Below the pieces are notes generated by a model that made no database searches, had not been told where the DNA came from, and was given only the letters and a program-made list of their open reading frames with translations. Positions 56,651-64,000 of a DNA stretch of 64,000 nucleotides are shown here, piece after piece (within the stretch, counting starts at the first letter, position 1; every line of letters starts with the position of its first letter). The stretch spans positions 2,095 to 66,094 of the forward strand of contig JAZSKY010000071.1 of the NCBI GenBank assembly GCA_045535095.1. Reading direction: 5' to 3'. The translations under genes were made by a program, and so were the position numbers. Source of the DNA: Eubacteriales bacterium (GTDB lineage Bacteria; Bacillota; Clostridia; Oscillospirales; CAG-272).

Positions 56651-59485
56651 TTATATCTTTTTGATCATAGTCAGAATGTTTTCGCCGTTTTCGTACGCGT
56701 AGCTGAGGGTATCCATGGTTTTCTTCGTGATGAAGATACCGAGTCCGCCTATCTCGCGCTCGTCTGCAGAGAGAGTAGTGTCGGGATCGGGCTTCTTCAG
56801 AGGATCGAAGGGGATTCCCCTGTCTGCCATACGGAAGGTGATATTTCGGCTTTCACCGTCGAAGGCAATAGAGATATCCACGTCGCCTTCTCCGCCCTCG
56901 TAAGCATAGTGAGCAACGTTGACAAATATTTCTTCGATCGCAACGCATATTGCAGTCTGCGCCTTCATAGGACATTCAAATCCCGAGAGCGTTTCCTCAA
57001 CAAAGGAAATAACGTCGCCGAGTGCCTCGGTCTTCGCCGGGAACGTTTTATTTATCATTTGCTCACCTCCTTTTTTGGGTTTAAAATCAAGCATAAGCAT
57101 CGTAATATCGTCAAACTGCGGAGATTCTCCGACAAATTCGTCAATATTTGCTTTAAGCATAGGTAAAAGCTCGGTCGCTTCCGTGGAAGCGTTTTTATTC
57201 ATAAAGTCAAGGAGTCTCTCCTCACCATAGAGCTTGTTTTCGGTGTTGGTCGCCTCGGGCACGCCGTCTGTGTAGAGGAAGATCCTATCTCCCGCCTCAA
57301 GCGTTATCTCGCCCATTTTGTAGCAGATGCCCTCCATACCTGCAAGAACGAAGCCTGCGCGTGTCTTGAGGTATTCAAACGAGCCGTCCGCACGCTTCAG
57401 AAGGGGCGGATTATGTCCTGCGTTTGCAAACTGTACCTTTCCGCTCGAAAGATCGAGAATGCCCATCCAAGCGGTGACGAACATACCCGACTCGTTATTT
57501 TCGCAAAGCTTTTCGTTCGCCTTGGTGAAAATATCGTTTACCGCCATACCGCTTTCTGCAAGGTCCTTGATGATCGTTTTCGCGGTCATCATAAACATTG
57601 CGGCAGGTATTCCCTTGCCCGAAACGTCGGCGGCAAGGAATGCTACCGTATTATCGCTCAGCTTATAGAAATCGTAGAAGTCTCCTCCGACCTCCTTTGC
57701 GGCGATCATTTCGGCATAAATGCGGTACTCATCGTCCTTCGGGAAGTTGGTCGGGAGTGCGGAAAGCTGTATCTGCTTTGCGTACTCAAGCTCCTTGTCG
57801 ATACGCGCCGCCGCCTCTGCAATATAGCGCTTGAGGGTTGCAACGGTGGAGTTGATGTCGTCCGAAAGCGAGGAAAATTCCTCGTTCGAGCGAACGTTTA
57901 CCTCTACGCTGAGGTCACCCTCGGTGATACGTCCGAGCGTATCGTTTATTTTCTTTAAGTTATTGATGATGACTCTCTTTATGAGTATGTAGATGAACAC
58001 GAACAGCGCGGCAAATATAAGCACCTGCATAAAGACGCTCGTATAAAGAGATGCGTCGCGCATGAACATTGCCTCGGACTCGGGCATTGCCGCGATAATA
58101 CAGTAGCCTTCAACGAACTTGAAAACATACATATATTTTTCGCTCTCGGCGCTGTTTGTGTCCACAATATCCGCAGGATAAAGGTCGGTTGCGGTACTAC
58201 CCGTCTCCATTTCGAGGGAAGGAGTGATTCCGATAGTGGAAATGTGACGTCCCGAATACTCGTTATCAATTACAAGATTGAGCTTATCGTCGCAAACGGC
58301 AACGAGGCCGCCCGTTCCGACGTGTCTGTTCTTGGTGACGTCAACCACGAACTCGTTGAGCATTGCGTGGAACTGCTCCGCGTCGTATCCGACCTGAATG
58401 AATCCGCCGCCCTGAAGTCTTACCGCCGCGTATTTTCTCCATTCGGACTCGTCTTTTCCGCGTCGGCTATACTCCTGAACGAAGGAGTCTTGTATTTTGA
58501 GCATATCAACGAATTCCTTTGACTGCTCTTTACTGTTCATATCGTAAACGCCTATAACGTCATCTTCATTTGAGTCTATTATAATGCCGCTATCGTCAAC
58601 TACGTTGATCTCCTCGACACCGTACTTCTGAACGAGAAGGTCGAGATCGCTAAATCCGCTCTCGTACTCGATCTTAACCTTTTCGGCAATATCGAGAAGC
58701 TGTGCGTCCGATTTTTCCTTGATGTCGGTCTCGACGTCGTCCATTGCGGCGGTAAAGACCTCCTTGGTCTCGATCTTTACCATTCTGTTCTGAAGAATAT
58801 AGGTGAAGGAGCTCGTTACCAAATATGCAATAACGATACAGAGAAGAAGCCATCTCTGGAAGGTGTTTGCGATTCTTTCGCTTCCCTTTTTACGGGTGAA
58901 GCGCTCGTGACTGAGAAGGGATACTATGATGATGGCGCATCCGACAGCCACAGCGTTTCCGAGTATCATCGGGAAGGTTGCACCTTTGACAAATTCAAAG
59001 GCGTATGAGGAATCCTTCATATTCGTCAAGAATATAAGGATCATGTGGATAACCTCGCAGACAACGGCGATACAAACTCCGTATCCCCACGTCGGCTTCT
59101 TGTTATCAAACATAAGCTTACGAAGTCCTGCCGCCATAAAGCCTGCGAGAACTGTCGCTACGCTACACGCAAGGCGCGTATATTCTCCTCCGCCCCAGAA
59201 TACCGAGAACCAGCGGTAAAGTCCGCCGATAAATCCCGAGATTATACCTGCGGGCGCGCCGAAGATAAGTCCTGCCGAAAGGGGCGCCGCATCACGGACG
59301 TTCACCGTCGTTCCGAGCCAGTCCACGCCATAGCTTGACGCAAAGGCTGAAACGCCGCCGAAAAGAAGTCCGATAATTATCTGCTTTACCGCGTAAGGCA
59401 GCTTCTTTAAGGGTGTGTACTTATCCGCAATATATACTGCAAGGACAAGAAGACAGTTAATTAATACCGGAATTGCAAGTCTCAT
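56651..59485 (-). CDS. Membrane sensor with 5TMR-LYT-like N-terminus, extracytoplasmic domain, HAMP, PP2C (SpoIIE) phosphatase and C-terminal RsbW-type HATPase kinase domain
   Basis: 944 aa. VNVRDAAPLSAGLIFGAPAGIISG (LytS-type TM module). HAMP around ITEGDLSVEVNVRSNEEF. PP2C GGDFYDF...ADVSGKGIPAAMFM...LYTDGVPE...FDDITMLM. The last ~135 aa are HATPase_c_2-like (AIEEIFVNVAHYAY...DRGIPFDP...GGLGIF). Confidence 0.85.
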   Translation of the reverse strand: MRLAIPVLINCLLVLAVYIADKYTPLKKLPYAVKQIIIGLLFGGVSAFASSYGVDWLGTTVNVRDAAPLSAGLIFGAPAGIISGFIGGLYRWFSVFWGGGEYTRLACSVATVLAGFMAAGLRKLMFDNKKPTWGYGVCIAVVCEVIHMILIFLTNMKDSSYAFEFVKGATFPMILGNAVAVGCAIIIVSLLSHERFTRKKGSERIANTFQRWLLLCIVIAYLVTSSFTYILQNRMVKIETKEVFTAAMDDVETDIKEKSDAQLLDIAEKVKIEYESGFSDLDLLVQKYGVEEINVVDDSGIIIDSNEDDVIGVYDMNSKEQSKEFVDMLKIQDSFVQEYSRRGKDESEWRKYAAVRLQGGGFIQVGYDAEQFHAMLNEFVVDVTKNRHVGTGGLVAVCDDKLNLVIDNEYSGRHISTIGITPSLEMETGSTATDLYPADIVDTNSAESEKYMYVFKFVEGYCIIAAMPESEAMFMRDASLYTSVFMQVLIFAALFVFIYILIKRVIINNLKKINDTLGRITEGDLSVEVNVRSNEEFSSLSDDINSTVATLKRYIAEAAARIDKELEYAKQIQLSALPTNFPKDDEYRIYAEMIAAKEVGGDFYDFYKLSDNTVAFLAADVSGKGIPAAMFMMTAKTIIKDLAESGMAVNDIFTKANEKLCENNESGMFVTAWMGILDLSSGKVQFANAGHNPPLLKRADGSFEYLKTRAGFVLAGMEGICYKMGEITLEAGDRIFLYTDGVPEATNTENKLYGEERLLDFMNKNASTEATELLPMLKANIDEFVGESPQFDDITMLMLDFKPKKGGEQMINKTFPAKTEALGDVISFVEETLSGFECPMKAQTAICVAIEEIFVNVAHYAYEGGEGDVDISIAFDGESRNITFRMADRGIPFDPLKKPDPDTTLSADEREIGGLGIFITKKTMDTLSYAYENGENILTMIKKI

Positions 59486-59497
59486 TCGGTCACCTCG

Positions 59498-60457
59498 TTA
59501 TTTAAGCAGCAGTATCAGATCCCAGACGTAGCTGGCAATCAGATTTCCGATAATACCGAGTGCCATAAGCAGAACCATATATATAAGCATACTGCTCTTG
59601 CTTATCGAGTTTTTCGCGATATTATAGTAGAAGCTGAAATGTCCCTGCATATTATCCTCGCGGCTCTGCTGCCACTGATAGGTTATAACGTCCTCGCTGT
59701 CGTAGGATGCGGGAAGATATTCCCTATACAGATTCTCCTCAAGGCGTCTGATACGGTAGCAGCCTGCATCGTTAAGCTCATAGCTTTCGTCAATAGAGAT
59801 GGTAATTACCGCCTTTTTGAGCTTCTGACGGTGGAAAGATCCTATTCGTGTGATCTCCTCGGGCAAAAGTCTCGACTCGTTGATACGAACCGAATATCCG
59901 TATTTTTCGGAAATTACCGGAGTTGTGAGAAGGTCTCTGAGTCTGTCTATCGCGTTTCCGACACTTGCGCGCGATCTGAAGATGCCGTCCAGAGTCTTAT
60001 GGGGCATACGCCAGATGAAATACGCTTCGTCGTTGTCGAGATACTCGCCGAGTCCCTCAAGGTCAAAGGTGAGAAGTGTGCCGTCTGCAAGAGACCTCGT
60101 TTCGTATTTGAGTGTGCTTATATGTACTATATCCACCGTTTTGCCGTTATAAGCAATTTCGGAGGTGTGTATATTTTTCTTAAAGTCAACAATACACGCC
60201 GCGCTGAAGGTCGCCTGCAATATTTTAGTATCGTTAAAAAGCAAGGAGAGATCTTCTATTTCGTCACACGAAACAGTAAACGGGATATAAACGCTGACGC
60301 ATTTACTCGCCTTTACTCCGCGTATGCGCAGAGCGAAATCGACGTAGCTTTTTCCCTTGGGATTTAACCAGTCGTTGATGTAAACGGTGCTCGTATCGTC
60401 ACCGTCAACCCAGACAGCCCAGCCGTCGTCGGCGTATTTTTTATATTTTTTAGCCAT
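59498..60457 (-). CDS. Hypothetical C-terminally membrane-anchored protein, first gene of the partner-switching operon
   Basis: 319 aa. I recognise no motif. There is a single C-terminal TM (MLIYMVLLMALGIIGNLIASYVW). Its stop lies 12 nt before the GAGGTGA-ATG of the sensor gene. Confidence 0.6.
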   Translation of the reverse strand: MAKKYKKYADDGWAVWVDGDDTSTVYINDWLNPKGKSYVDFALRIRGVKASKCVSVYIPFTVSCDEIEDLSLLFNDTKILQATFSAACIVDFKKNIHTSEIAYNGKTVDIVHISTLKYETRSLADGTLLTFDLEGLGEYLDNDEAYFIWRMPHKTLDGIFRSRASVGNAIDRLRDLLTTPVISEKYGYSVRINESRLLPEEITRIGSFHRQKLKKAVITISIDESYELNDAGCYRIRRLEENLYREYLPASYDSEDVITYQWQQSREDNMQGHFSFYYNIAKNSISKSSMLIYMVLLMALGIIGNLIASYVWDLILLLK

Positions 60458-60472
60458 TTCCTTTGCTCCCTT

Positions 60473-60742
60473 CTATATTATTTTTCTTCCTGCAACGTAT
60501 TTTGCAGTTACTTTCTTATCGTCAAGTCCGAGATAAACGGCGCGCTCCATTCTCTCTGCGAGAGTCAGACTCTGCACCTGCTCAAGCACGCTATCGTCAA
60601 GAACGACGGCGTCAAATTCATAGCCCCCCTCAAAGCTTCCGACCTTTCCGAAGAATGCTCCGCCTCCCTTGGTGGCAAGGTAGAACGCTTCCGAAAAGAC
60701 GAGAGGGCGATACGCCTCGTCAACTTGATGAAATGTCTGAAA
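60473..60742 (-). pseudogene. 3'-terminal remnant of an amidohydrolase (guanine-deaminase/chlorohydrolase-like) gene
   Basis: My translation is FQTFHQVDEAYRPLVFSEAFYLATKGGGAFFGKVGSFEGGYEFDAVVLDDSVLEQ...KYVAGRKII*. This is a typical C-terminus for that superfamily. The frame is closed by TAA at 60745-60743, and there is no start codon or N-terminal ~340 aa. Confidence 0.65.
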
Positions 60743-60749
60743 TTACTTT

Positions 60750-61088
60750 TTACGCCTTCTTTGCAGAAGCGATCTTCTGAACAAACAAAGCGATAAGCAG
60801 AACAACGAACAGAGCCGCGCCTATCTTGTGAACGATCGAGAGAGCGGCAATTCCGTGAGACGCCTTGATGATAATTCCGCTGATGAGCGCGACTAAGTAG
60901 CAAGCTCTCATAATGATCTCGAGTGCGGGAATCTTCCAGCTCTTTTTAGTCAGAACGGTGTACGCCACGAGAACGAGAACGCCAACGAGCGAGAGTGCGA
61001 TGTGTGCGGTCATTCCGGTTGCTCTGAGTAAGAAAAGCAGTACGCCTATCGCGAGAAGAACGGGGGTGAAAATAAGGTCCTTTTTCAT
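60750..61088 (-). CDS. Hypothetical 4-TM membrane protein
   Basis: Start re-set to MKKDLIFTPVLL (ATG 61088) after AAAGGAG. 112 aa. Confidence 0.55.
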   Translation of the reverse strand: MKKDLIFTPVLLAIGVLLFLLRATGMTAHIALSLVGVLVLVAYTVLTKKSWKIPALEIIMRACYLVALISGIIIKASHGIAALSIVHKIGAALFVVLLIALFVQKIASAKKA

Positions 61089-61107
61089 AATTTTAACTCC
61101 TTTTATT

Positions 61108-61791
61108 TTATTTATCAGTTTTTTTCTTGCCGAGTCTGTCAAGTCCGAGGAAGATAAATCCTACGAGAACGAACGCGGCAGCGAGAATACCGATCCACAT
61201 AAGAACACCGTTCACGCCCTGCGTATCAAGATTTACGAAGAAATAGGGATAGATCAGGGGTGTTGTGGAGGTGGGAATCAGTATAGAAGAGTCAAATCTC
61301 AAAATGATCGCCTGAATGAGAAGGAAGATCACGTAAGCAAGAGGAAACGCTATCGACGAGACAGGATAATACCACTTGCATTTTCCACGCTCGTAGAAGA
61401 GAAACCAGTCTGCTATGTACATAATGGGGAGAACCACGTGGAAAATAAGACTTCCTATACGCCAGTTAAGCTGGGGATCGCGTCCCTCTGCGCCTGCAAG
61501 CATAATGTTGAACACAAGGAAAGTGAGCAAAATGCCGAGCATTCCGATAAATTTGAGTATAGGCGCCGCGCTGACGAAGCTGTCCGACGGCTTCTTTACC
61601 GTCTGAATAAGAGCCGCGAGCATAACGCCGATACAAAGGAAATTACTGATGTTTGTGAAGTGTACGTAGAAGTCCCAGCGTATCTGATTTATATTGTCAA
61701 ATATACCAAGACTTGCGATAGTTCCGACAAATCCCAAGGTGAGATATACGGTCTGATAAATGAGCTGTGCCGTTCTGTTTTTGATCATTTT
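61108..61791 (-). CDS. Pr6Pr/FAR-17a-like integral membrane protein
   Basis: Start re-set to MIKNRTAQLIYQ (ATG 61791) after AAAGGAG. 227 aa, 6 TM segments. HFTNISNFL motif. Confidence 0.55.
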   Translation of the reverse strand, partial: KMIKNRTAQLIYQTVYLTLGFVGTIASLGIFDNINQIRWDFYVHFTNISNFLCIGVMLAALIQTVKKPSDSFVSAAPILKFIGMLGILLTFLVFNIMLAGAEGRDPQLNWRIGSLIFHVVLPIMYIADWFLFYERGKCKWYYPVSSIAFPLAYVIFLLIQAIILRFDSSILIPTSTTPLIYPYFFVNLDTQGVNGVLMWIGILAAAFVLVGFIFLGLDRLGKKKTDK

Positions 61792-61871
61792 TTTCTCCTT
61801 TCGTAAAACAAAAAACACTTTCCCTATGATACTGTCCATTCTAACACGAAAGCTGTGACAAACCTCTTACA

Positions 61872-61902
61872 AATAAAAGAAAAAGCCGTCAAAAAGACGG
61901 CT
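61872..61902 (-). terminator. Intrinsic terminator after the response-regulator gene
   Basis: Minus strand: AGCCGTC-TTTTT-GACGGCT followed by TTTTCTTTTATTT. Confidence 0.8.
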
Positions 61903-61915
61903 TATTTTAATAAAA

Positions 61916-62698
61916 TTATTTATTTCTTTTTCTTTCCCAAAGAAGTCCGCAGGTGTTCTCTGCCCAGCTGTACTGATACATATACTCGCCAAGAAATTCG
62001 GGCTTTCCGCATTTCAGGTAATTATAATAATCACAGTCGATCTTCTCGGGATTTATCGAATAGAGATAATTGTTTCTCTCGAAAACGCCTCCCATTCCGA
62101 CAGAGTCGAGCGTCTGTCTGAGGTCGCGGAAGAGCTGGTGGATATAGTTATGATTTTTCTGCTCCTCGTCATTCTCCCAAAGCGCAACTCCGATCTCGGC
62201 AACCGTGACTCCCGCTCCGTTTCTGTCGATCAGAAAGGCAAAAAGCTCCTTTGTCTTTGAGCGCTTGAAGGTCAGCTTTTCTCCGTTTGCATACACCTCG
62301 AAAGTTCCGAAGCAGGACGCAACGAGCGGCTTTTCCTTGCGGCGTATTCCCTTGATATTGTCGATCTCTGCCTGAACGTCAGAGGCGGAAACCGGCTTCA
62401 TAAGATAGCCTGACGCGTGAAGCCTGAACGCAGGAATGGCATATTCCTCGTATCCCGTGCAAAAAACGATCTTACAGTCGGGACAGAATGAGACTATCTT
62501 CTCGGCGAGCGCAAGTCCGCCCATTCCTCGCATATTTATATCCAAAAATGCGACGTCTATCGGGTTTTCCCTGACAAAGCCGAGCGCTTCCTCACAGTCG
62601 GAAAATTTACTTAGCTCGGTAATATCGTCCGACGCCTCAATAGCTGACGCAAGTGCTCTCAGCATAAGTATCTCGTCATCAACTGCGATTGCGATCAT
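61916..62698 (-). CDS. Two-component response regulator (receiver plus winged-helix/SARP-like output)
   Basis: 260 aa. IAIAVDDE...DVAFLDINMRGMGG...KPV. The C-terminus FEVYANGEKLTFKRSKTKELFAFL is OmpR/SARP-like. Confidence 0.8.
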   Translation of the reverse strand: MIAIAVDDEILMLRALASAIEASDDITELSKFSDCEEALGFVRENPIDVAFLDINMRGMGGLALAEKIVSFCPDCKIVFCTGYEEYAIPAFRLHASGYLMKPVSASDVQAEIDNIKGIRRKEKPLVASCFGTFEVYANGEKLTFKRSKTKELFAFLIDRNGAGVTVAEIGVALWENDEEQKNHNYIHQLFRDLRQTLDSVGMGGVFERNNYLYSINPEKIDCDYYNYLKCGKPEFLGEYMYQYSWAENTCGLLWERKRNK

Positions 62699-62701
62699 TT
62701 T

Positions 62702-64000
62702 TCACACCTCCTTGGGAATAGTTATAGTTACCTTCGTGCCAACGTCCTTCGTGCTTTCAATTTCAAGCTCGCCGTTGACCATCGCCTTGAGTCGTCCGCG
62801 AATGTTACGTATTCCAACGTGTGCTCGCTCGTCAAGAAGGACGCTCGTATCAAAGCCTACTCCGTCGTCCTCTACCGAAACGCAGTAGCTCGTCTCCGTT
62901 TCGTAGGAGACGACGCGGATAGTGCCTCCTCTCGGGAGCTTCATAAGTCCGTGCTTTATAGCGTTTTCGACTATCGGCTGAATGGTGAGCGCAGGAATGT
63001 GGAAGTCCACCGAATTCATCTCAAACGAGAAGGTCATATCGGGGAAACGGACGTTTTCAATGCTGATATAGTGGCGCACGTGCTCCATTTCCTGAGACAT
63101 AAGGATCGGCTTCGGATTATCAAGCTCTCCGAAATTCCCCCTTAAATACCGGGCAAAATTATGCACAAGCTCGCCTGCCTTAGGCGGATCTATGCTACAA
63201 AGCTGCTCAATGCTTCCGAGCGTATTATATATGAAATGGGGACGTATCTGGCTCATCATAGTAGAGATTCTGCTCTCTGTGAGCTTCGCGTTCAGAACGA
63301 GCTTTTCGGTCTCAAGCTCCTTTGCCTTCGCTATTGCGTTGATACTGCGCGGTATGATTCTCAGAAGCGCAAGTATCGCAACTATAAAGAAGAGTATAAA
63401 CACGTAGGCAGAGACAAGTCCGCCCTTCCAGAGTCCGACGTCGGTCATAACGGTGTCAACTCCAAAGGCGGCGATAGGAAGCGTGAGTCCGACGTATAGC
63501 CAGCGCTCCCTTCCCTTTGCAAGGAAAATTTCTTTCAAAATACATCCGAGTAGTGCGATAGCGGACGTCGCCTGCGCTATTACCCACCAGAGCCAGAGGT
63601 CATAGAAAAGAAGATCTGTAAAGATGGGGAGCATAAGAAGGATCGCGTCACACGCCGCAAGAAGAGAGACGGTCGCCGTGCCAAGCGGCTTTGTGTTCTT
63701 TAACAAATGCACGATAGCTATCGAAAGAAATAGCATATAGAACATCATCGAGCATCCGAGAATGATCGTGTTCGACACAACCGATTCGTTTTTGAAGGAC
63801 GTTCCCCTTGCGCTATACGAGAGGTATGTTCCCGCAAAGAGAATTACCGCGCCAAGCACCCAGATTATCTTACTGTTCTTTATATGAATAAGGATTGAAA
63901 AGAGGGCTGTTCCGAGGAACACGAAGGAAACGATAACGAACAGAAGTCCGACGTCTCTTTGCGAGTCTCCGCTTGCAAGGACCCCTTTTTCAAACTCAAA
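62702..64000 (-). CDS. Sensor histidine kinase of the LytS/YehU (His_kinase, PF06580-type) class. The N-terminus lies outside the window.
   Basis: QIRPHFIYNTLGSI H-box and an HATPase C-terminus (NAIKHG...VEDDGVGF). The frame remains open upstream of the track's GTG at 63922 to the window edge (…LFVIVSFVFLGTAL). Confidence 0.85.
   Translation of the reverse strand, partial: FEFEKGVLASGDSQRDVGLLFVIVSFVFLGTALFSILIHIKNSKIIWVLGAVILFAGTYLSYSARGTSFKNESVVSNTIILGCSMMFYMLFLSIAIVHLLKNTKPLGTATVSLLAACDAILLMLPIFTDLLFYDLWLWWVIAQATSAIALLGCILKEIFLAKGRERWLYVGLTLPIAAFGVDTVMTDVGLWKGGLVSAYVFILFFIVAILALLRIIPRSINAIAKAKELETEKLVLNAKLTESRISTMMSQIRPHFIYNTLGSIEQLCSIDPPKAGELVHNFARYLRGNFGELDNPKPILMSQEMEHVRHYISIENVRFPDMTFSFEMNSVDFHIPALTIQPIVENAIKHGLMKLPRGGTIRVVSYETETSYCVSVEDDGVGFDTSVLLDERAHVGIRNIRGRLKAMVNGELEIESTKDVGTKVTITIPKEV

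Noticed and set aside
1-64000. Prophage, IS element, integron or integrative island. I looked for integrase, transposase or recombinase genes and for flanking tRNA genes.
   Set aside because: No ORF resembles an integrase, transposase or phage protein, and I found no tRNA-like sequence. The only signs of DNA exchange are compositional steps, two gene remnants and the palindromic element.

Overview
This is a 64-kb chromosomal window from what looks like a Firmicutes/Clostridia genome. That placement is inferred from SD-type RBSs, gene content and an S-box riboswitch; no taxon can be proven from the sequence alone. About 85% of the window is transcribed on the minus strand.

Layout from left to right:
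1. Housekeeping block: recD2 (partial), metK behind a SAM-I riboswitch, a COG2426 membrane protein, ribU behind an FMN riboswitch, the str operon rpsL-rpsG-fusA-tuf, an orphan solute-binding lipoprotein, and dnaG-rpoD preceded by a nucleoside hydrolase gene with an in-frame TGA.
2. Plus-strand block: a GldA/F/G-like ABC system, a DUF4340 protein and a MATE pump.
3. A roughly 400-bp nested-palindrome repeat element in a convergent intergenic gap, followed by an AEC permease and a clan GH-A glycosidase.
4. A roughly 21-kb Wzy-type surface-polysaccharide locus (23.5-44.3 kb). It carries an LCP protein, a CpsB phosphatase, a fused Wzz/BY-kinase, a CapD-like dehydratase, fnlABC-like UDP-L-FucNAc genes, LicD, five intact glycosyltransferase genes (plus one N-terminal remnant), Wzy and an initiating sugar transferase. 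It is a compositional mosaic of AT-rich cassettes and contains a glycosyltransferase remnant.
5. A frameshifted gene for a secreted protein.
6. A sortase-dependent pilus operon: signal peptidase, tip pilin, major pilin, class C sortase, basal pilin and a degenerate sortase-like protein.
7. The most unusual feature: a tightly coupled seven-gene partner-switching operon with no sigma factor (53.7-60.5 kb). It links a membrane sensor PP2C-phosphatase/RsbW-kinase fusion to three paralogous STAS domains, an HD (p)ppGpp-hydrolase-like protein, a STAS-APH kinase fusion and two proteins I cannot assign to any family.
8. A 3' amidohydrolase gene remnant, two membrane proteins and a two-component system that runs off the right edge.

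I saw no rRNA, tRNA, CRISPR array, transposase or integrase.
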